NCBI RefSeq assembly: GCF_018350175.1 | Contig: NC_058368.1 | Span: 138,820,001 to 138,884,000 of the forward strand | DNA: 64,000 nt | Source of the DNA: Felis catus | Taxonomy: Eukaryota | Direction of reading: 5' to 3' | Shown here: positions 35,210 to 48,661 of the stretch, in pieces | Layout of the letters: every line of letters begins with the position of its first letter | Numbering within the stretch: position 1 is the stretch's first letter | Made by a program: the position numbers and the translations under genes | The notes under the pieces: generated by a model | Database searches by the model: none | What the model was told of the DNA's origin: nothing | Seen by the model: only the letters and a program-made list of their open reading frames with translations

Positions 35210-36198
35210 AAAGAAATAATCTTTCTTTTTTAAAGAAGAGACAGTGATCATTACTAAAATACAGGATTATAAACATTTTTCTTGATTCTTTATTTTCCAA
35301 GTTTTTACACAATGACCAACTTTAACCTTTAAGCGGAGAAAAATATATATACTTAAGTTTCTTTCCATTTAAGAAATCCTGTGATAGAATCCAAGGTCTG
35401 AAGACTGAGATAGCCCATTCCTTTCCTTTGTGCGAATTACCAAAAGGCCGTGCCCTGGGGCAGACACAGCCTCCGCCAGTTTCCACCCCCGCTGCCCTCT
35501 CTGCCTGGCGCCCCCCGTCCTGTCTGCTCCACGTTTCTATTACATCAAGTTCTGCTTCTGGTCGCATTTGCACCTGTGTGTGAACTGCGAGAGTGACCAA
35601 GGTCCTTGATCTTCACACGCTGGCCAGGAATTTGCATCTGGCCCTAGGGAATCTCAAGTGGCCTTGATATCTTCCTCAAAAATCCTGCCTTAACAAGGCA
35701 CCCCACACAGTTATATCCTGAGAAACAGCAACCTGTGTTTCAGCGTGAAGGAGTACCAGAAAGGACTTCGCTAAATAAAGGAGAGGGCGACAGGGACAAA
35801 TAAGGAGAAAATCACCCGTTTTCATGTCCCCTTTCTGCACATGCAACTTAGCTGGACCTTTACTCACTGCAGCTTCTGTGCCTTAAAACCTCAACATCCC
35901 ATCATAGGTCTTTTTGTTTCTAAATAATGCCCCTACCCAGCCTACCTCCAGGACAGTACTGACCCCTTCTTCAAAGGCTATACAAATCCTCAAGGCTGTG
36001 AGCAACATTGTTACCTTTCGTCACTCTAAAGGTCACACAGGTCTCCCCTAGATGTTCCCTGTGTTTCTGGAGCCCCAGGATCAGAGCATTCTGCGGCCTG
36101 GCCAAATCTGGATTGTATACTCACGGTCCTCAGTTCCTTCCATGTTGGCCAAATCTCCAAGGTAACCCATAGAGGCTGGGAGAAATGAAACAGCCGCA

Positions 36199-36404
36199 GG
36201 GCACCTGGGTGGCTCCGTTGGTTGAGCGTCCAACTTCGGCTCAGGTCATGATCTCACGGTTCGTGGGCTCGAGCCCCGCGTCAGGCTCTGTGCTGACAGC
36301 TCGGAGCCTGGAGCCTGCTTCGGATTCTGTGTCTCCCTCTCTCTCTGCCCCTCCCCCCGTTCATGCTCTTTTTCTTTGTCAGGAAAGAAAAAGAAAGAAA
36401 GAAA
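36199..36404 (+). mobile_element. Can-SINE with (GAAA)n tail
   Basis: TSD AGAAATGAAACAGCC. Confidence 0.95.
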
Positions 36405-36525
36405 AGAAATGAAACAGCCATCCACATCATCAGAGGGAGGGGCACCAAGGTGACATACGGAGAAGGAGGGAGGGAAGAAAGAAAGGGCCTATGACCTTAA
36501 TGAACAGGATTAAGTCTGGCCATCC

Positions 36526-36702
36526 AGATTGGCTACACAATTCTCAGAGCTCAGCGCAAAAAGAAAACGCAGGGCCCCGTCTTTCAAAAAGTATCAAGAA
36601 TTTCGAGACAGCCACAGCAGAGCATAAACCAAGTGTGGGGCCCCTTACCAAGAGCAGGGCCCTGTGTGACTGCACAGGTCACAGACCCGAGAAGCTTGTC
36701 CT
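36526..36702 (-). mobile_element. MER45A-like hAT-Tip100 MITE
   Basis: ACAGCAGAGCATAAACCAAGTGTGGGGCCCC...GGGCCCTGTGTGACTGCACAGGTCACA. Confidence 0.8.
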
Positions 36703-37036
36703 TCAGGCTATGGGTGGGAAAGCGCCTGACTTCTCTACCAAGTAAGTGCCAGATGGGCTGCAGAGAACAGAGTAGTGAAATAAATAAATAATCTCACACA
36801 CAAACCACTGACAGGTAAAAAGTTCTAAGTCCCAGGTCAGCCTCTTATTTGTAGATAGCTCAAGGCGCTGTTAGGAATGTGTTTTTTGTGTGTTTTGTTT
36901 TGTTTTCTTTTGTTTTGGAAAATGGGAAATCAGTAGTGACCAACGTCACAGACATAGGACTCAAATTTGGCATCTCCTATCCTGTAGGTGGTGAGTATGT
37001 TAAGTGTACCTTCAACCCGATTAAGGAGAGCAGGGG

Positions 37037-37253
37037 TTTTCTGTTTTATTTTTTAAAGTTTATTTTTTGTATTAAGAGAGAGCGCAAGCAGTGGAGGGGC
37101 AGAGAATGAGGGAGAGAGGGAGACAATCCCAAGCAGGCTCTGCGCTGTCAGCACAGAGTCCGATGTGGGGCTCAAACTCGTGAATTGTGAGATCACGATC
37201 TGAGCTGAAATCAAGAGTTGGACACTCAACTGACTGAGCCACCTGGGTGCCCC
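37037..37253 (-). mobile_element. Can-SINE (older)
   Basis: Ends CTGAGCCACCTGGGTGCCCC. Confidence 0.93.
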
Positions 37254-37488
37254 AAAATTTACCTTACCGGGCAGCCAAAGACAGCACTAAGAGCCTTCAC
37301 TTCCTAGAAACCCTTGAACCAGCGGGTTCCCAAGCCCCGACTCCCCACACCCCCCACCAGCCTTCCTGCTATTCTCTGACTTCCCATATTACCACAGTCC
37401 TCCCAGGTCTCAGCAGGGAGTGATAAATCGATTTATATACATATTTTTAAACCAATTCTTTGCTTTTTATGCTCAAAAAGTAGTTGGG

Positions 37489-37713
37489 GGGGCGCCTGGG
37501 TGGCGCAGTCAGTTAAGCGACCGACTTCAGCCAGGTCACGATCTCGCGGTCCGTGAGTTCGAGCCCCGCGTCGGGCTCTGGGCTGATGGCTCAGAGCCTG
37601 GAGCCTGTTTCCGATTCTGTGTCTCCCTCTCTCTCTGCCCCTCCCCCGTTCATGCTCTGTCTCTCTCTGTCCCAAAAATAAATAAACGTTGAAAAAAAAA
37701 ATTAAAACAAAAA
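37489..37713 (+). mobile_element. young felid Can-SINE
   Basis: TSD AAAAAGTAGKTGGG. Confidence 0.97.
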
Positions 37714-38309
37714 AAAAAGTAGGTGGGGCTGAACCTTTTAACAGAATTCACAGGATTCAGGATCTCTCCAAGAGGGATCCTACATCCTTAATAAACTGTT
37801 AAAGAAAAAAAAAATGTCCAGGCCCCAACTCTGCAGCATGCCAAGGCCAGAAACTGCTTTGCAATGTAAATCGCTTTTTTAGGAGAAAAGAGAAAACATC
37901 AAAAATTCTAAAGCTGGCATTAGAAAAGTCCTGCCGAAGTAGATGAATGGTTTGTGGAGCTGTAAAAACATACTCAGGCCTTGTATGAACGTATCTTTGG
38001 CTTTCAAACATAGAAGCCACATGGTTATTAATGGTCTGGGCTATGCATTGCATGGTCCTACCTGCTCGCGCAGCTAACCCACATACACCCACAGTTCCTC
38101 CTCAGGGGCAGTAAGCAAACATCTGAAATTCCTAGGGCCTACGGCTGAGAGAGGCACTCGTTTATTCTGAGTAGCTATATTTCCTATGGAAAAGGCAGGG
38201 AAAGAGAATGCAGTCAACAGCCTACCCCGTGCTATGTTCTATGTCCAGCGCGTCCTTTCACAAAAGTGGGCTCCTCTTTTTGTCTCAGTTAAAAGATGAG
38301 TGCCTTCCA

Positions 38310-38474
38310 GGGTGCCTGCCTGGGTGGCTTGGTTCATCGGCTAAGCGTCCGACGCTTGATTTCAGCTCAGGTCATGATCTCATGGTTCGCGAGTTCGAGC
38401 CCCTCGAACTCTGCCCCTCCCCCCTTGCTGTCTCTCAAAATAAATACGCGTTTTTTTTTTTTTAAATAAAAAGT
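38310..38474 (+). mobile_element. internally deleted Can-SINE
   Basis: Head and B box joined directly to CTCTGCCCCTCCCCC. Degenerate TSD beginning AAAGATGA. Confidence 0.88.
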
Positions 38475-39076
38475 AAAGATGAATGACTTTCTGGATGTCA
38501 CACAAGTGATCTTCAGCAGGTACCAACACCTCCTCCTTCCCACTCCATCAGGGTGCAGCCGATCACCCTGTGAGCCAGAGGCAGGTGCGGTAGCTCGGTG
38601 GTAAACACACAGCCAGCAGTAGGGAAAATGCTGACGATGGAGTGCAGGAGTTCAGAATGTGTCCTCCCTTCCCACGGGGAGCAGCCTAACCCTGGAAACA
38701 GAATACAGGACCAGGGGCTGTAGCAATGAGAACATTCCAATAAAGCAGCTGGACCGAGCAACAGGGTGTCCGCACTGGTCAGCAGAGGCCAGCCTGGAAG
38801 AGGCCAGGAGCAGGCACCGTGCAGAAATCCATATCCGGTCAGCCCAGCTGCAAATGGGAAATCTCTACCAAGAAGAGGGTCCCTGTCATCAGCCTAGTGA
38901 CTGAGTGCCCACGATGAGTGCACATCCCACAGGTGAAGAGCCTGCTGTGTGCTTCAAAGGCTAGTTCTACTCTTGACGAGCTAAGTGACCTTGAGCAAGT
39001 AGCTTAAACCCTCTGATTCAATCGACCAATATTCAATACCAAACTGAGAGGTTTTGAAGACAAATGATTTAACATG

Positions 39077-39300
39077 GGGGCACCTGGGTGGCTCAGTCGG
39101 TTAAGCATCCGACTTCGGTTCAGGTCATGATCTCACAGTTTGTGAGTTCAAGCCCCGTGTCTGGCTCTGTGCTGACAGCTCGGAGCCTGGAGCCTGCTTC
39201 GGATTCTCTGTCTCCTTCTCTCTCTGCCCCTCCCCCACTTGTATTCTGTCTCTCTCTGTCTATCAAAATAAATAAATGTATTAAAAATTTTTTAATAAAA
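39077..39300 (+). mobile_element. Can-SINE inserted in a MIR (about 38960-39360)
   Basis: TSD TGATTTAAYAT. The flanks carry the MIR core GTGACCTTGAGCAAGT and a MIR 3' part. Confidence 0.95.
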
Positions 39301-40258
39301 CTGATTTAATATGTATGAGGCACTTGGAACAGTACGTAGGATATAGAGTGGGCAATAATTGTCAGACATTATTATGTGCCAAGTACATTCTGAAGCAGAC
39401 CTGAGACCCCGGAAAGTTCTTGCAACTCCAGAGAGGCAGAGCCATCCGTGGGATGCCTTGAAGCCCCCAACAACAACCCCCTTTCCAGCAGCCCCTCACA
39501 CAGAGTGCCCGGTGGCCTCAGCTCTGACAGGGCTCGATAACCCAGGCACACCACGATCCAGGAGCAGCAGCCGGAAGCGGACCGGGTGACGGCTCACATT
39601 TTCTGTGACCAGACTCCCAATCCGTTCTCCCGGCAGAAGTAGGCCCCTTCTCGTCTGGCGCTTGCGAGAAAAACCATCAAATCGCTGATGCTGAAACTAT
39701 CTGCAAATTCCAGGGAAGTGTTGTGAAGAAGGCATGATTCCCTCTCCTTTATGATTATCATGAAATGCTTGGGTGCTGCCAGGGGATTGCCATCCCCAAA
39801 CCGATCCCCAGAGCTCCCCCAAGAGAGGGCCCCACTTCTAACCAGAACTTTCCTAATGGGAAGCCCGTCAGCTGGAGGACTGGTTTTCCTCTACGGCTAT
39901 CACAAAGATTAATGGTTCCATTTGCAGCCGTTTAATAGTGTTCTAGGGAGCCCCTCTCCCTCCTGTCGCTTACCCCTGGGATGGCCCAAGGACTTGCGGT
40001 TAATGGGGCAGGTAGAGAATCCATTTGTTTCCCCTTGACTGGGTGTGCTAACGCTGATCTGCTACTCTACCAGGTCTCTACGACTTAATCTCAGTCGTGC
40101 CTTGATGGAGTGTTTCTCTCCCTCATGCTTCTAACAAGGCCAGGTATTTGAACATCTAGAAACCGATAGCTTCCGTGAATGCCCAGCTTGGGTCTTCCAA
40201 GGACCCCGTCCTTAAAGAAGTAAATATCTAAAGTAAGCTTTAAAAAATGAGACTATCT

Positions 40259-40492
40259 GGGGCACCTGGGTGGCTCAGTCCATGAGGTGTCAGGCTTCAG
40301 CTCTCGTCATGATAGCGTGGTTCATAGGTTCCAGCCCTGCATCGGGCTCTGTGCTGACAGCCTGGAGCCTGGAGCCTGCTTTGGATTCTGTGTCCCCCTC
40401 TCTCTGCCCCTCCCCTGCTTGCCCTCTGTCTCTCTCTCTCTCTCTCTCTCACTCTCTCTCTCTCAAATAAATAAACATGAAAAAAATGGTTT
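40259..40492 (+). mobile_element. Can-SINE
   Basis: Head, CT tract and tail. Confidence 0.93.
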
Positions 40493-40744
40493 AATGAGAA
40501 TACACAACAGCACTCCTGCTTCCCGAAATGATTGCTGTCTTTTACAGTCCTGGTAACTCAAAATGCACCTTTGCTTAGGACATGAGAAGTCATCAGACTG
40601 GACAAGAAAGGGATTTTGTTTTGCTCGTTAGTTTCTCCGCAACCTCCTTTTCCCATCTACCCCACCCGGCTCTTTACACATCTGTTCATTCTGTGTATAG
40701 TTACTAAGACCCCTGTCATACTTTTTATCCCCTTCAGTAAAACC

Positions 40745-41175
40745 TTTTTTTCTTTTTGGTTTTTGGTGGGTTTTTTTGTTTCTTTTTTTTTTTTTTTAAT
40801 TTTTTTTTTCAACGTTTATTTATTTTTCAGACAGAGAGAGACAGAGCATGAACGGGGGAGGGGCAGAGAGAGAGGGAGACACAGAATCGGAAACAGGCTC
40901 CAGGCTCTGAGCCATCAGCCCAGAGCCCGACGCCGGGCTCGAACTCCCGGACCGCGAGATCGTGACCTGGCTGAAGTCGGACGCTTAACTGACTGCGCCA
41001 CCCAGGCGCCCCTCTTTTTTTTTTTTTTTTTTTTTGAGAGAGAAAGAGAGGAGGGGCAGAGAGAGAGACTCCCTATCAAGCTCTGCGCTGTCAGCACAGA
41101 GCCCAAGGCAAGCTCACAAGACCATCACCTGAGCAGAAATCAGACTCTTCACCGACCGAGCCTCCCAGGTGCCCC
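40745..41175 (-). mobile_element. older Can-SINE (body about 41013-41175, tail extends to about 40745)
   Basis: Outer TSD of about TCAGTAAA.CTTTTTT at 40734 and 41176. Confidence 0.85.
40797..41012 (-). mobile_element. young felid Can-SINE nested in the tail of an older SINE
   Basis: Flanked by TC(T)n on both sides. Confidence 0.95.
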
Positions 41176-41656
41176 TCAGTAAATCTTTTTTTTTAGTGCC
41201 AGTGACCTAATCGTATGGTTTTATCTGAGTTTACCAAACAGAATCCAGAAAATTCGGTACACACAGGATGGAAGTCTAATCCCTAGTGACTGGCCTTCTT
41301 AGCCACTGATAGATCCCGTGGAACATAGGCAGCCTTGACCTAGCCTTGGCCCTACAGCTTTCTTCAGAGAAGGAAAGCTAACTGACTGTGAACCTCATAA
41401 CCATATCTGCTGCATTGGAAGGGGATTTGTCCAAGTGGTCAGGGGAACAAAGCCAAACAGAAAGTTCCCAGTCAGGCATTCCCACCACTTGAGATGGAAG
41501 ACTTCAGCTGGCTTGGCACGGGGACCACCAAGGGTCTGGGACCATTTGGCTGTTCAGTTTTCGTGGTCTCTCTGTTGGTTGGTGGTTGTGTCCAATAATC
41601 TGAGCTGGTGAAGACACTAGGACTCCTCCTTCACACCTTATTCCTGGGGGGTTATG

Positions 41657-42110
41657 TGTTGGGAAGCAATTCTCCACGGTTCTCTCGCATTTTGCACATC
41701 TTATTAGTAAGCCCTGGACTGTCTTTTGTCCTGGGCTACCTTTTCAAGCGTGTTTGCACAATAGCCGTAGGAAATTGTGAATAGTATGGGAAAAAAGAGA
41801 TAGTCTCTCCGTCCAGAGCTTAGTCCCCGTGATAAAATGTTTCGTTTCCCTAGACTCGTGTGTCTTCTCCTGTAACATCAGCACTCCCTGTGTAGCTATC
41901 AGCTGGCCCTCTTCTCGCCATGTAAGGATCGAGGCTCAAGGAACCAGTTCAAAACTGCTAACACTAGCTGCTGCTTATGCTGTGACTGATACACTGTTCA
42001 TCTCTGAAGTAAGACTCTCATGTGTCCCACCAGCATCCACGAAGCCGCGGCAGGTGAGCTTGGTAGCTTATAAGTAGGGTAAAATCCTAGGCCCTTTGCA
42101 GCTCTGGACC
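41657..42110 (+). mobile_element. ERVL solo LTR (LTR40-like)
   Basis: Starts TGTTGGGAAGCAATTCTCCA and ends AAGTAGGGTAAAATCCTAGGCCCTTTGCAGCTCTGGACC. Flanks TTATG and ATATG form an approximate 5-bp TSD. Confidence 0.85.
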
Positions 42111-43030
42111 ATATGTTATAATGACAGCAAGCTTCAGGCCACATTTCAGCACGCCTGCAAACACTGATGAGTCAGCAGGCCCAAAGAGTCCCATAATCTG
42201 TTCTTCAAATGACCTGCGGCCCCGCTTCTCTGTCCCTTAGGCACACCAACTACCTGGTTTACCTGAGACGGATGTGGCAAAATACTCTAATCCTCTACTT
42301 AGATTAAGTGACAGAATCCCCTATCAAGTGACAGCACATAGGACTAGATTGGAGCTCTAGGCCAAGAATGCCACTCCAAAAGGTATTAGGTTTCTGGTTC
42401 TACCACAGTCTTAGACTCTATTCATGCAAGTGTATATTTCTACCCAATGCCCACAAATCAAATGGCCGTCATCGCTCCAATAAATTATTTCTAACATTTC
42501 TTTATAACCATTGATGAATCATCTTCGGCAGATCTAGTGGGGCCTAGTCAAAATGGGCTTACGGTAACCGCCTCAGGGTATGCATTTCCAATTAGGACCT
42601 TCAAATGCTAATTCACTAATCCCTGGAGTACGAATCCCTCACTGGGAGATACTTCAGATGTTTAACCTACCCCACCAGGATCTGATTTAAACCAGCAAAG
42701 CACCCACAGTTCACACTATCTGTTCTGAAGTATGTGAAAGTAAATTCCAACACTTCAATGGAGTCATTTTGGCTTTTGGAAATACAGCTTCTGGAACCCA
42801 CATCTCTTCCCACTTTGCCTTCTCTCTACCGGAAGACTATTTGCTTGGCTCTTTGGCTCACAGAGCCAGGGATCTTTGGCACAAATGGCCTACAAATAAG
42901 TATCAAGTACAGTCCCGTGTAGCTCAATTAACCTACACCCCTTAAACACAGCTTACACCCCACATTACTCACCTTCTTTCTCTTCCCTTCAGGTTTCCTA
43001 GTTCCTTTGCTAGCCCCAACTCTTCGCACA

Positions 43031-43105
43031 CATTCATTCATTCATTCATTCATTCCTTCAACAGGTATTTATTTATTTGAATACCTATACCTACCATGCT
43101 GGCTC
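43031..43105 (-). mobile_element. L2 3' tail, (CATT)n
   Basis: CATTCATTCATT...CAACAGGTATTTA...TGAATACCTA. Confidence 0.65.
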
Positions 43106-43728
43106 AAGACCCTTATTGCTACACAATCAACTTTTCTTCTAGTCCCCTGATTCTTTCATCATTTGCTGGAGAGAAGTGGAGTCATAATCGTTTCCCTTTG
43201 GAGATTAAATACTTTTGAAATCTCAGTGATTGTCATACGGTAGACCCACGTCCGCCACCAAGCAAGCTCTCCCAGGGTCACGGAAAAGAAAGACTCACAA
43301 ACCAAATCAACACGCTCAGCACACCACCACCGCCCCCTCCCCCCGCCCCAGTATATTAAAGTCGCTTAAACACATGGCAAGATACAAGTGCAACTACATG
43401 AGCTAAGTTAACATACTCAGGATAAGATATAAGCAGGGTGGGAAGACCGTACTACCTGAATCCTAGTTACACAATGATTTTATGTCCTCTCTTTCGCTCT
43501 GTCTCCCTCTCTCTCCTCTCCATGAGACTTCTCTGCCACTCGTGGGGTTCCAAGGACCACACTGAGATGGGCCAAAGTGCAGTCTTGCTCTATCAGAGAT
43601 GCAGGGGCAAGTACATCTGGCCAATAACTATAACTTGCCAAATAGCCTGCTGAACAGCTACGGATTTGATTTGCCTTTCTCGGGCTGAGCACAGGAGGAG
43701 CTGTAGTGGGACTATAAAGGTATCACTA

Positions 43729-43940
43729 GGGGCGCCTGGGTGGCTCAGTCGGTTAAGCCGCCGACTTCGGCTCAGGTCATGATCTCGCGGTCCGTGAGTT
43801 CGAGCCCTGCGTCGGGCTCTGGGCTGACGGCTCAGAGCCTGGAGCCTGCTTCAGATTCTGAGTCTCCCTCTCTCTGACCCTCCCCTGTTCATGCTGTGTC
43901 TCTCCCTGTCTCAAAAATAAATAATCGTTAAAAAAAAAAA
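43729..43940 (+). mobile_element. felid Can-SINE
   Basis: TSD AAAGRTATCACTA. Confidence 0.96.
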
Positions 43941-44919
43941 AAAGATATCACTAATGGGTGCCAATTTAGGGCTGACATAGCTGTCAATGCAGAAGTGATC
44001 AAACATTAGGACATGATCTTTCTATTCTTCCTTTATCTAAAAGTAACTCTCTTGTGTGTTCCATTACATATTCCATTCTATTTTTAACACGCCTTATGGT
44101 TTACTAATTTACGTACTAAGTGTATTTAGCATATCTTAGGAATGCTACCTGCAGAACTGCTTGCTTCCTCATTCTCTGCATGCCTAACACATCAGGGGCC
44201 TTTTGCCTATATCTCATAAGCTACCACTTAAATGGGAATGAATGCTTAACACATCATAGGAGTCTCAAGCATCCTGTTTGTTTTTCTTGTATTATTTGAA
44301 TATTCTCAAATAATAGAGATAACGCCCATTGCCCATTACAGGCATCCTAAATTAAATGTAGATTATAAGACAATACACAAAATGATTGTAAGTACCTAAG
44401 GATATGCCTGTACGCAGATAACAATTGGAAGATACTCTATAAAAATTGAAACACTATGCTAGGAGAGTGATAATCGTGAGCAGCTTTTCCTTCAAAACTT
44501 TCTCTAATATTATTGCTACAATATTTCCAGGAACATCCATTATTTTTAAGTAGGTTGACGATCCATATGTGCCGTGGGTTGTTCCTTTTTGACCAAGAGT
44601 TCAGGTGGGAAATAGTGAGCTACAAAGCCTATCTAAAGTTGAAGGGGGTTGACGAAGCAACCTGAACTCTTGGAGAAACATCTGAACCCTAAACTACTTA
44701 TTACCCTAAGAAAATGCTTTAACCACACAGGTTCTTTACATATTTTATACCACAATTTTTAGGTAACACATGTAGCTATATTTTTTGCTTTCATCTAAGA
44801 GTAGCTACTGAAGATCACCTGCCTAGTAACACTTTCCCCCCTGTTTATAAAATTTCACTTCAAATTTCGAGATAACAAAGAAAATTAAGATGACTCATGA
44901 ATTTTTGAGTAGAATTTTC

Positions 44920-45136
44920 GGGGCGCCTGGGTGGCTCGGTCGGTTAAGCCTCCAACTTCAATTCAGGTCATGATCTCACAGTTTGTGGGTTCAAGCCCCG
45001 CATCGGGCTCTGTGCTGACAGCTCAGAGCCTGGAGCCTGTTTCAGATTCTGTGTCTCCCTCTCTCTCTGCTCCTCCCTGGCTCGTGCTCTGTCTCTCTCT
45101 CTCTCAAAAACAAACATTAAAAAAAAAAAAAAATTA
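44920..45136 (+). mobile_element. Can-SINE
   Basis: TSD AGAATTTTC. Confidence 0.95.
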
Positions 45137-45701
45137 AGAATTTTCACCTTTACTTGAATGGCTAAAGCAAAAACTATTACTTTGACTTTCTCTCTGTGTC
45201 TCTCTGTCTATTACCTGAGGAACAATTTTCTAGATTTTTCTAATTCACCAGTAGCCCTCAGTTATTATGATCCAGGTTAATTTCTTATATTTGTACCATG
45301 AATCAGTTTCTCAAAAGACACAGATGTAAAAAGGGACTTGGTACCTTGAAGCTCGTAGAATTTGTTAAAAACGTATCTGCATTGTAAATTGAAGAGAGGC
45401 TTAATCAGTTTTCAAGATGTAGTGTACGAAAGGAGTGAGCCTCAGAGATTTCCAGCTAAAGATCTGCCAAGCCCACTTGCAATCTGGGGGGAACCGAGCT
45501 GCCCTGTCATCATCGCCCGGCAATTTAGCTTCTCTGTGTGATGACATGAACAGATAGTCCTGCTCCAAATCTTGTCTTTGGGATTTTGCTGAATCCAAGT
45601 TGAAGAGTATATGACATGAGCAAGGACAGACATGCTTACTTAGCTTGAAATTTTTATATGCCAAGGAAAAAATTTAGAATGTGATAGGAATAAGGGTTAT
45701 C

Positions 45702-45938
45702 TTTTTTTTTTAATATGAAATTTATTGTCAAATTGGTTTCCACATAACACCCAGTGCTCATCCCAACAGGTGCCCTCCTCAATGCCCATCACCGCCCCGG
45801 CCTCCCTCCCACCTCCCACCAACCCTCAGTTTATTCTCAGTTTTTAAGAGTCTCTTAGGGTTTGCCTCCTTCCCTCTCCGTAACTTTTTTTCTCCTTCCC
45901 CTCCCCCCATGGTCTTCTGTTAAGTTTCTCAGGATCCC
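45702..45938 (-). mobile_element. LINE-1 3'UTR-only insertion, same family as 4243-4972
   Basis: Reverse complement matches about 4705-4940 of this window. TSD of about GGGTTATCTTTTT on both sides. Confidence 0.9.
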
Positions 45939-46402
45939 CAAGGGGTTATCTTTTTGAAGCATTCAAATGCTTGGGCAACTAGAAGTTCCATCAAACACAG
46001 AAATAATCTTTCAAAGTTAAGTTTAGGGTGGTTCTGATGGACTCTCTCTCCTAGTATCTGTCACTAATAAAGTTAGTGTCTCAGCTCTGACAGAGACTAT
46101 GTTTGCTTTTCCAACCTTCTCACTGGATCGGAGCTGTTAGGCCATCAAACTTGTACTGACAAAACATTAAATCGGGTAAAATCATGCAATTTTGTTTCCT
46201 CAAAGCCAATCTTTTCAATTATGTTCTATGTGCGTGTGAAGAACATTTTAAAGAGGAAAAGAGGTTTGTTTTAGAGAAACAGCAATTCTCACTGGAAGCT
46301 CTAAATTTAGTATTGGTTGATGAATGATAGTAGGCATATGAATTTCACATGGGAGAGAAAAAGTGATGATACTTATCTATGATTTTAAAACAGTGGCTCA
46401 CC

Positions 46403-46619
46403 GGGGTGCCTGGGTGGCTCAGTTGGTTAAGCATCTGACTTCAGCTCAAGTAATGATCTCATGGTTTGTGAGTTTGAGCCCCGTGTTGGGCTCCGTGCCC
46501 ATAGCTCGGAGCCTGGATCCTGCTTCAGATCCCATGTCTCCTTCTCTCTCTTACCCTCCCCTGTTCGTGCTCTCTCTCTCTCAAAAATAAATAAACATTA
46601 AAAAAAATTAAGAACAAAA
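46403..46619 (+). mobile_element. Can-SINE
   Basis: TSD ACARTGGCTCACC. Confidence 0.95.
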
Positions 46620-48661
46620 AACACAATGGCTCACCATGGAGGATATTCCAACTGGGCTGCCATTGCTTAGTATAATATGGAAATTCCTGTTATAATTGCT
46701 TTTAGGGCCATTTTCCATGAAGAAAAGAATATCAGGATAATATAATTGAGCTTGTTTGATCTCCTACTTCATTCATTGACTCTGACTCCTCAGGATTTGG
46801 GTAATTTGCAAGAATCCATTTCAGGTAGAGAGAATTTACCATCACTGAGTATTCAGAGAAAATGCCAAAGGAGCAAGAGGACTTTTAGTTTGCTTTGAAG
46901 CTACTTCGAAAAAGCTAACACTCGCTCACTTGGGTGACTATGTCCCGATGTGTTGTGCTCATCGAAAATATACAAGGTCCCTCATCCCCATGCCGAATAG
47001 AAACTGTCCCACAGGACTGCCCTGTCGGAGGACTGCTGAACTTAGGTGTTGCAGGCACCATGGGGCTTCCTGCAGGAGATCTTGCCACTGTGGAGCTGAG
47101 CTATAGCTTCTGGAGTCCCAGGCCTGCTTCCAAACAACCTCTGGGGTGTTCCCTACAAAGGGGCTCTTCTAGTCCTTCTCTACGTACTTGCTCACCATTG
47201 AAAGTTGAGCCCCCAGCCTGATGGAGCCCAGCATCCCCTCGCCACATGCTAGGGGCCCAAAAGAAAGCCAAGACCAATGACAGTGTAAGTTTACCCAGTG
47301 CCCAGGAGGCAGGTGGATCAAGGGCTATCGTGCAGCTAGAGATCTTGCTTCCCAATCTTCAACTAGTTTTTATAAGAGCAAAAAAGAGAAGCCTGGAGGA
47401 GCTACTGAACAAGAACAGCTTGGTTCACCTTGAGCCGGAGTCTCCCATCAGGGGTCAAAAAAGTGACAGCATTGGTTTCTTTTGTTTTCAAGCTGAGGTA
47501 GCACTTCATTTACAACTGTTCCAAGGACTGGGTGAGCTAGATCAGTTCACAGGGTAAACAGTGCTTCCACACAAAACTGCTTTTCGTCTCAGGATAGAAG
47601 AATCCCAAAGACAAAATCCCAGAGGCAGGCCTTGAACCAAAGTCTTCCCCTACCAGCCTCTTGTGGATTCCTCAGCCCGTTACTACCTAGAGGATTATAA
47701 AAGGATTTGTTCAAAGACTTCCACCCGCTCTACCATTCATCCATCTAGGACTCTGCTTCTCCTCATCCCGTTATGAGATATGTAAATACCCTCCACTTTT
47801 TGGTGCAGTGGGAGAACATCTCAAGGTCAAGGTCAAGAGCTAAGCTAAAAGACAAGGCCCTGTAATTCAGATAGCTGGACTCGGGCTTCCAGCGTTAACT
47901 GTTTCTCCTCCACATAGTCCCTATTCTGCCCCCACCCAGAGCATCACACTCTTCTGGCAATTTCTCCTTCTTCTTCTTCTCCAGGCCTACACTTAGCTCT
48001 CTCTGCTTTTGTGGTCGGAAGGAAGGAAGGCCCTTTCTGCCCAACCATAGTCCACTTCTAGACTTTACACTCCTGCATCTCCCGCTCAGCCTCTTGAGCA
48101 CAGGCTGGACAATGTGCTCTGAGCTCCGCCGCAGAAATTCCTCCAGGGAAACTGCCAAGGAAAAGAACAACTTCTGAGCTTCCCTGAACTGCCTCCTCCT
48201 CCCAACACATGCACACGTCGCTCTTTCTACCCCCTGTCCCTCTAAAGATTCTCCTTTCCAAAGTTCAGACTTTCTCAGTTTATTCCCCCAGGTATAAACC
48301 TTCACCATCCCAACCAGAAGCACTTCAAACCAACCAGGAGTCTCTGTCTACAGTACCCAATAGATATATCTAATCTCTCCAACTCATCCTCACAAAGACA
48401 GACATGTATAAATGAAACCTATTTCCCGGTATGTTTTCATTCCCCAAATATCCATTGATAACTATTTGTGGAGAAGCAAGTTGCAGGATTTCCCTCTGAA
48501 CTGACGGCATACTAAAAAGCATTAGGCCTAAGCCCCGATGATGGGCACATCAGTCACTCAATCGGCCTTTCCATGAACATTGGGATTCTATTCATTTATC
48601 CCTCTGGTTGCCATAGAAGTGAAGCCACTTCTTACTTCCCAAGGCCAATTCCTCTACTTTT

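Noticed and set aside
40616..41182. 188-aa ORF, the longest in the track
   Set aside because: It runs through poly-T and two nested antisense SINEs.
45538..45592. C-box GTGATGA with a downstream CTGA (also about 29795-29852)
   Set aside because: Too short, with no terminal stem and no recognisable rRNA guide. Not a supported snoRNA.
47895..48323. 142-aa minus-strand ORF, and a plus-strand pyrimidine tract with AG at about 47985
   Set aside because: No recognisable protein and no convincing matching donor.
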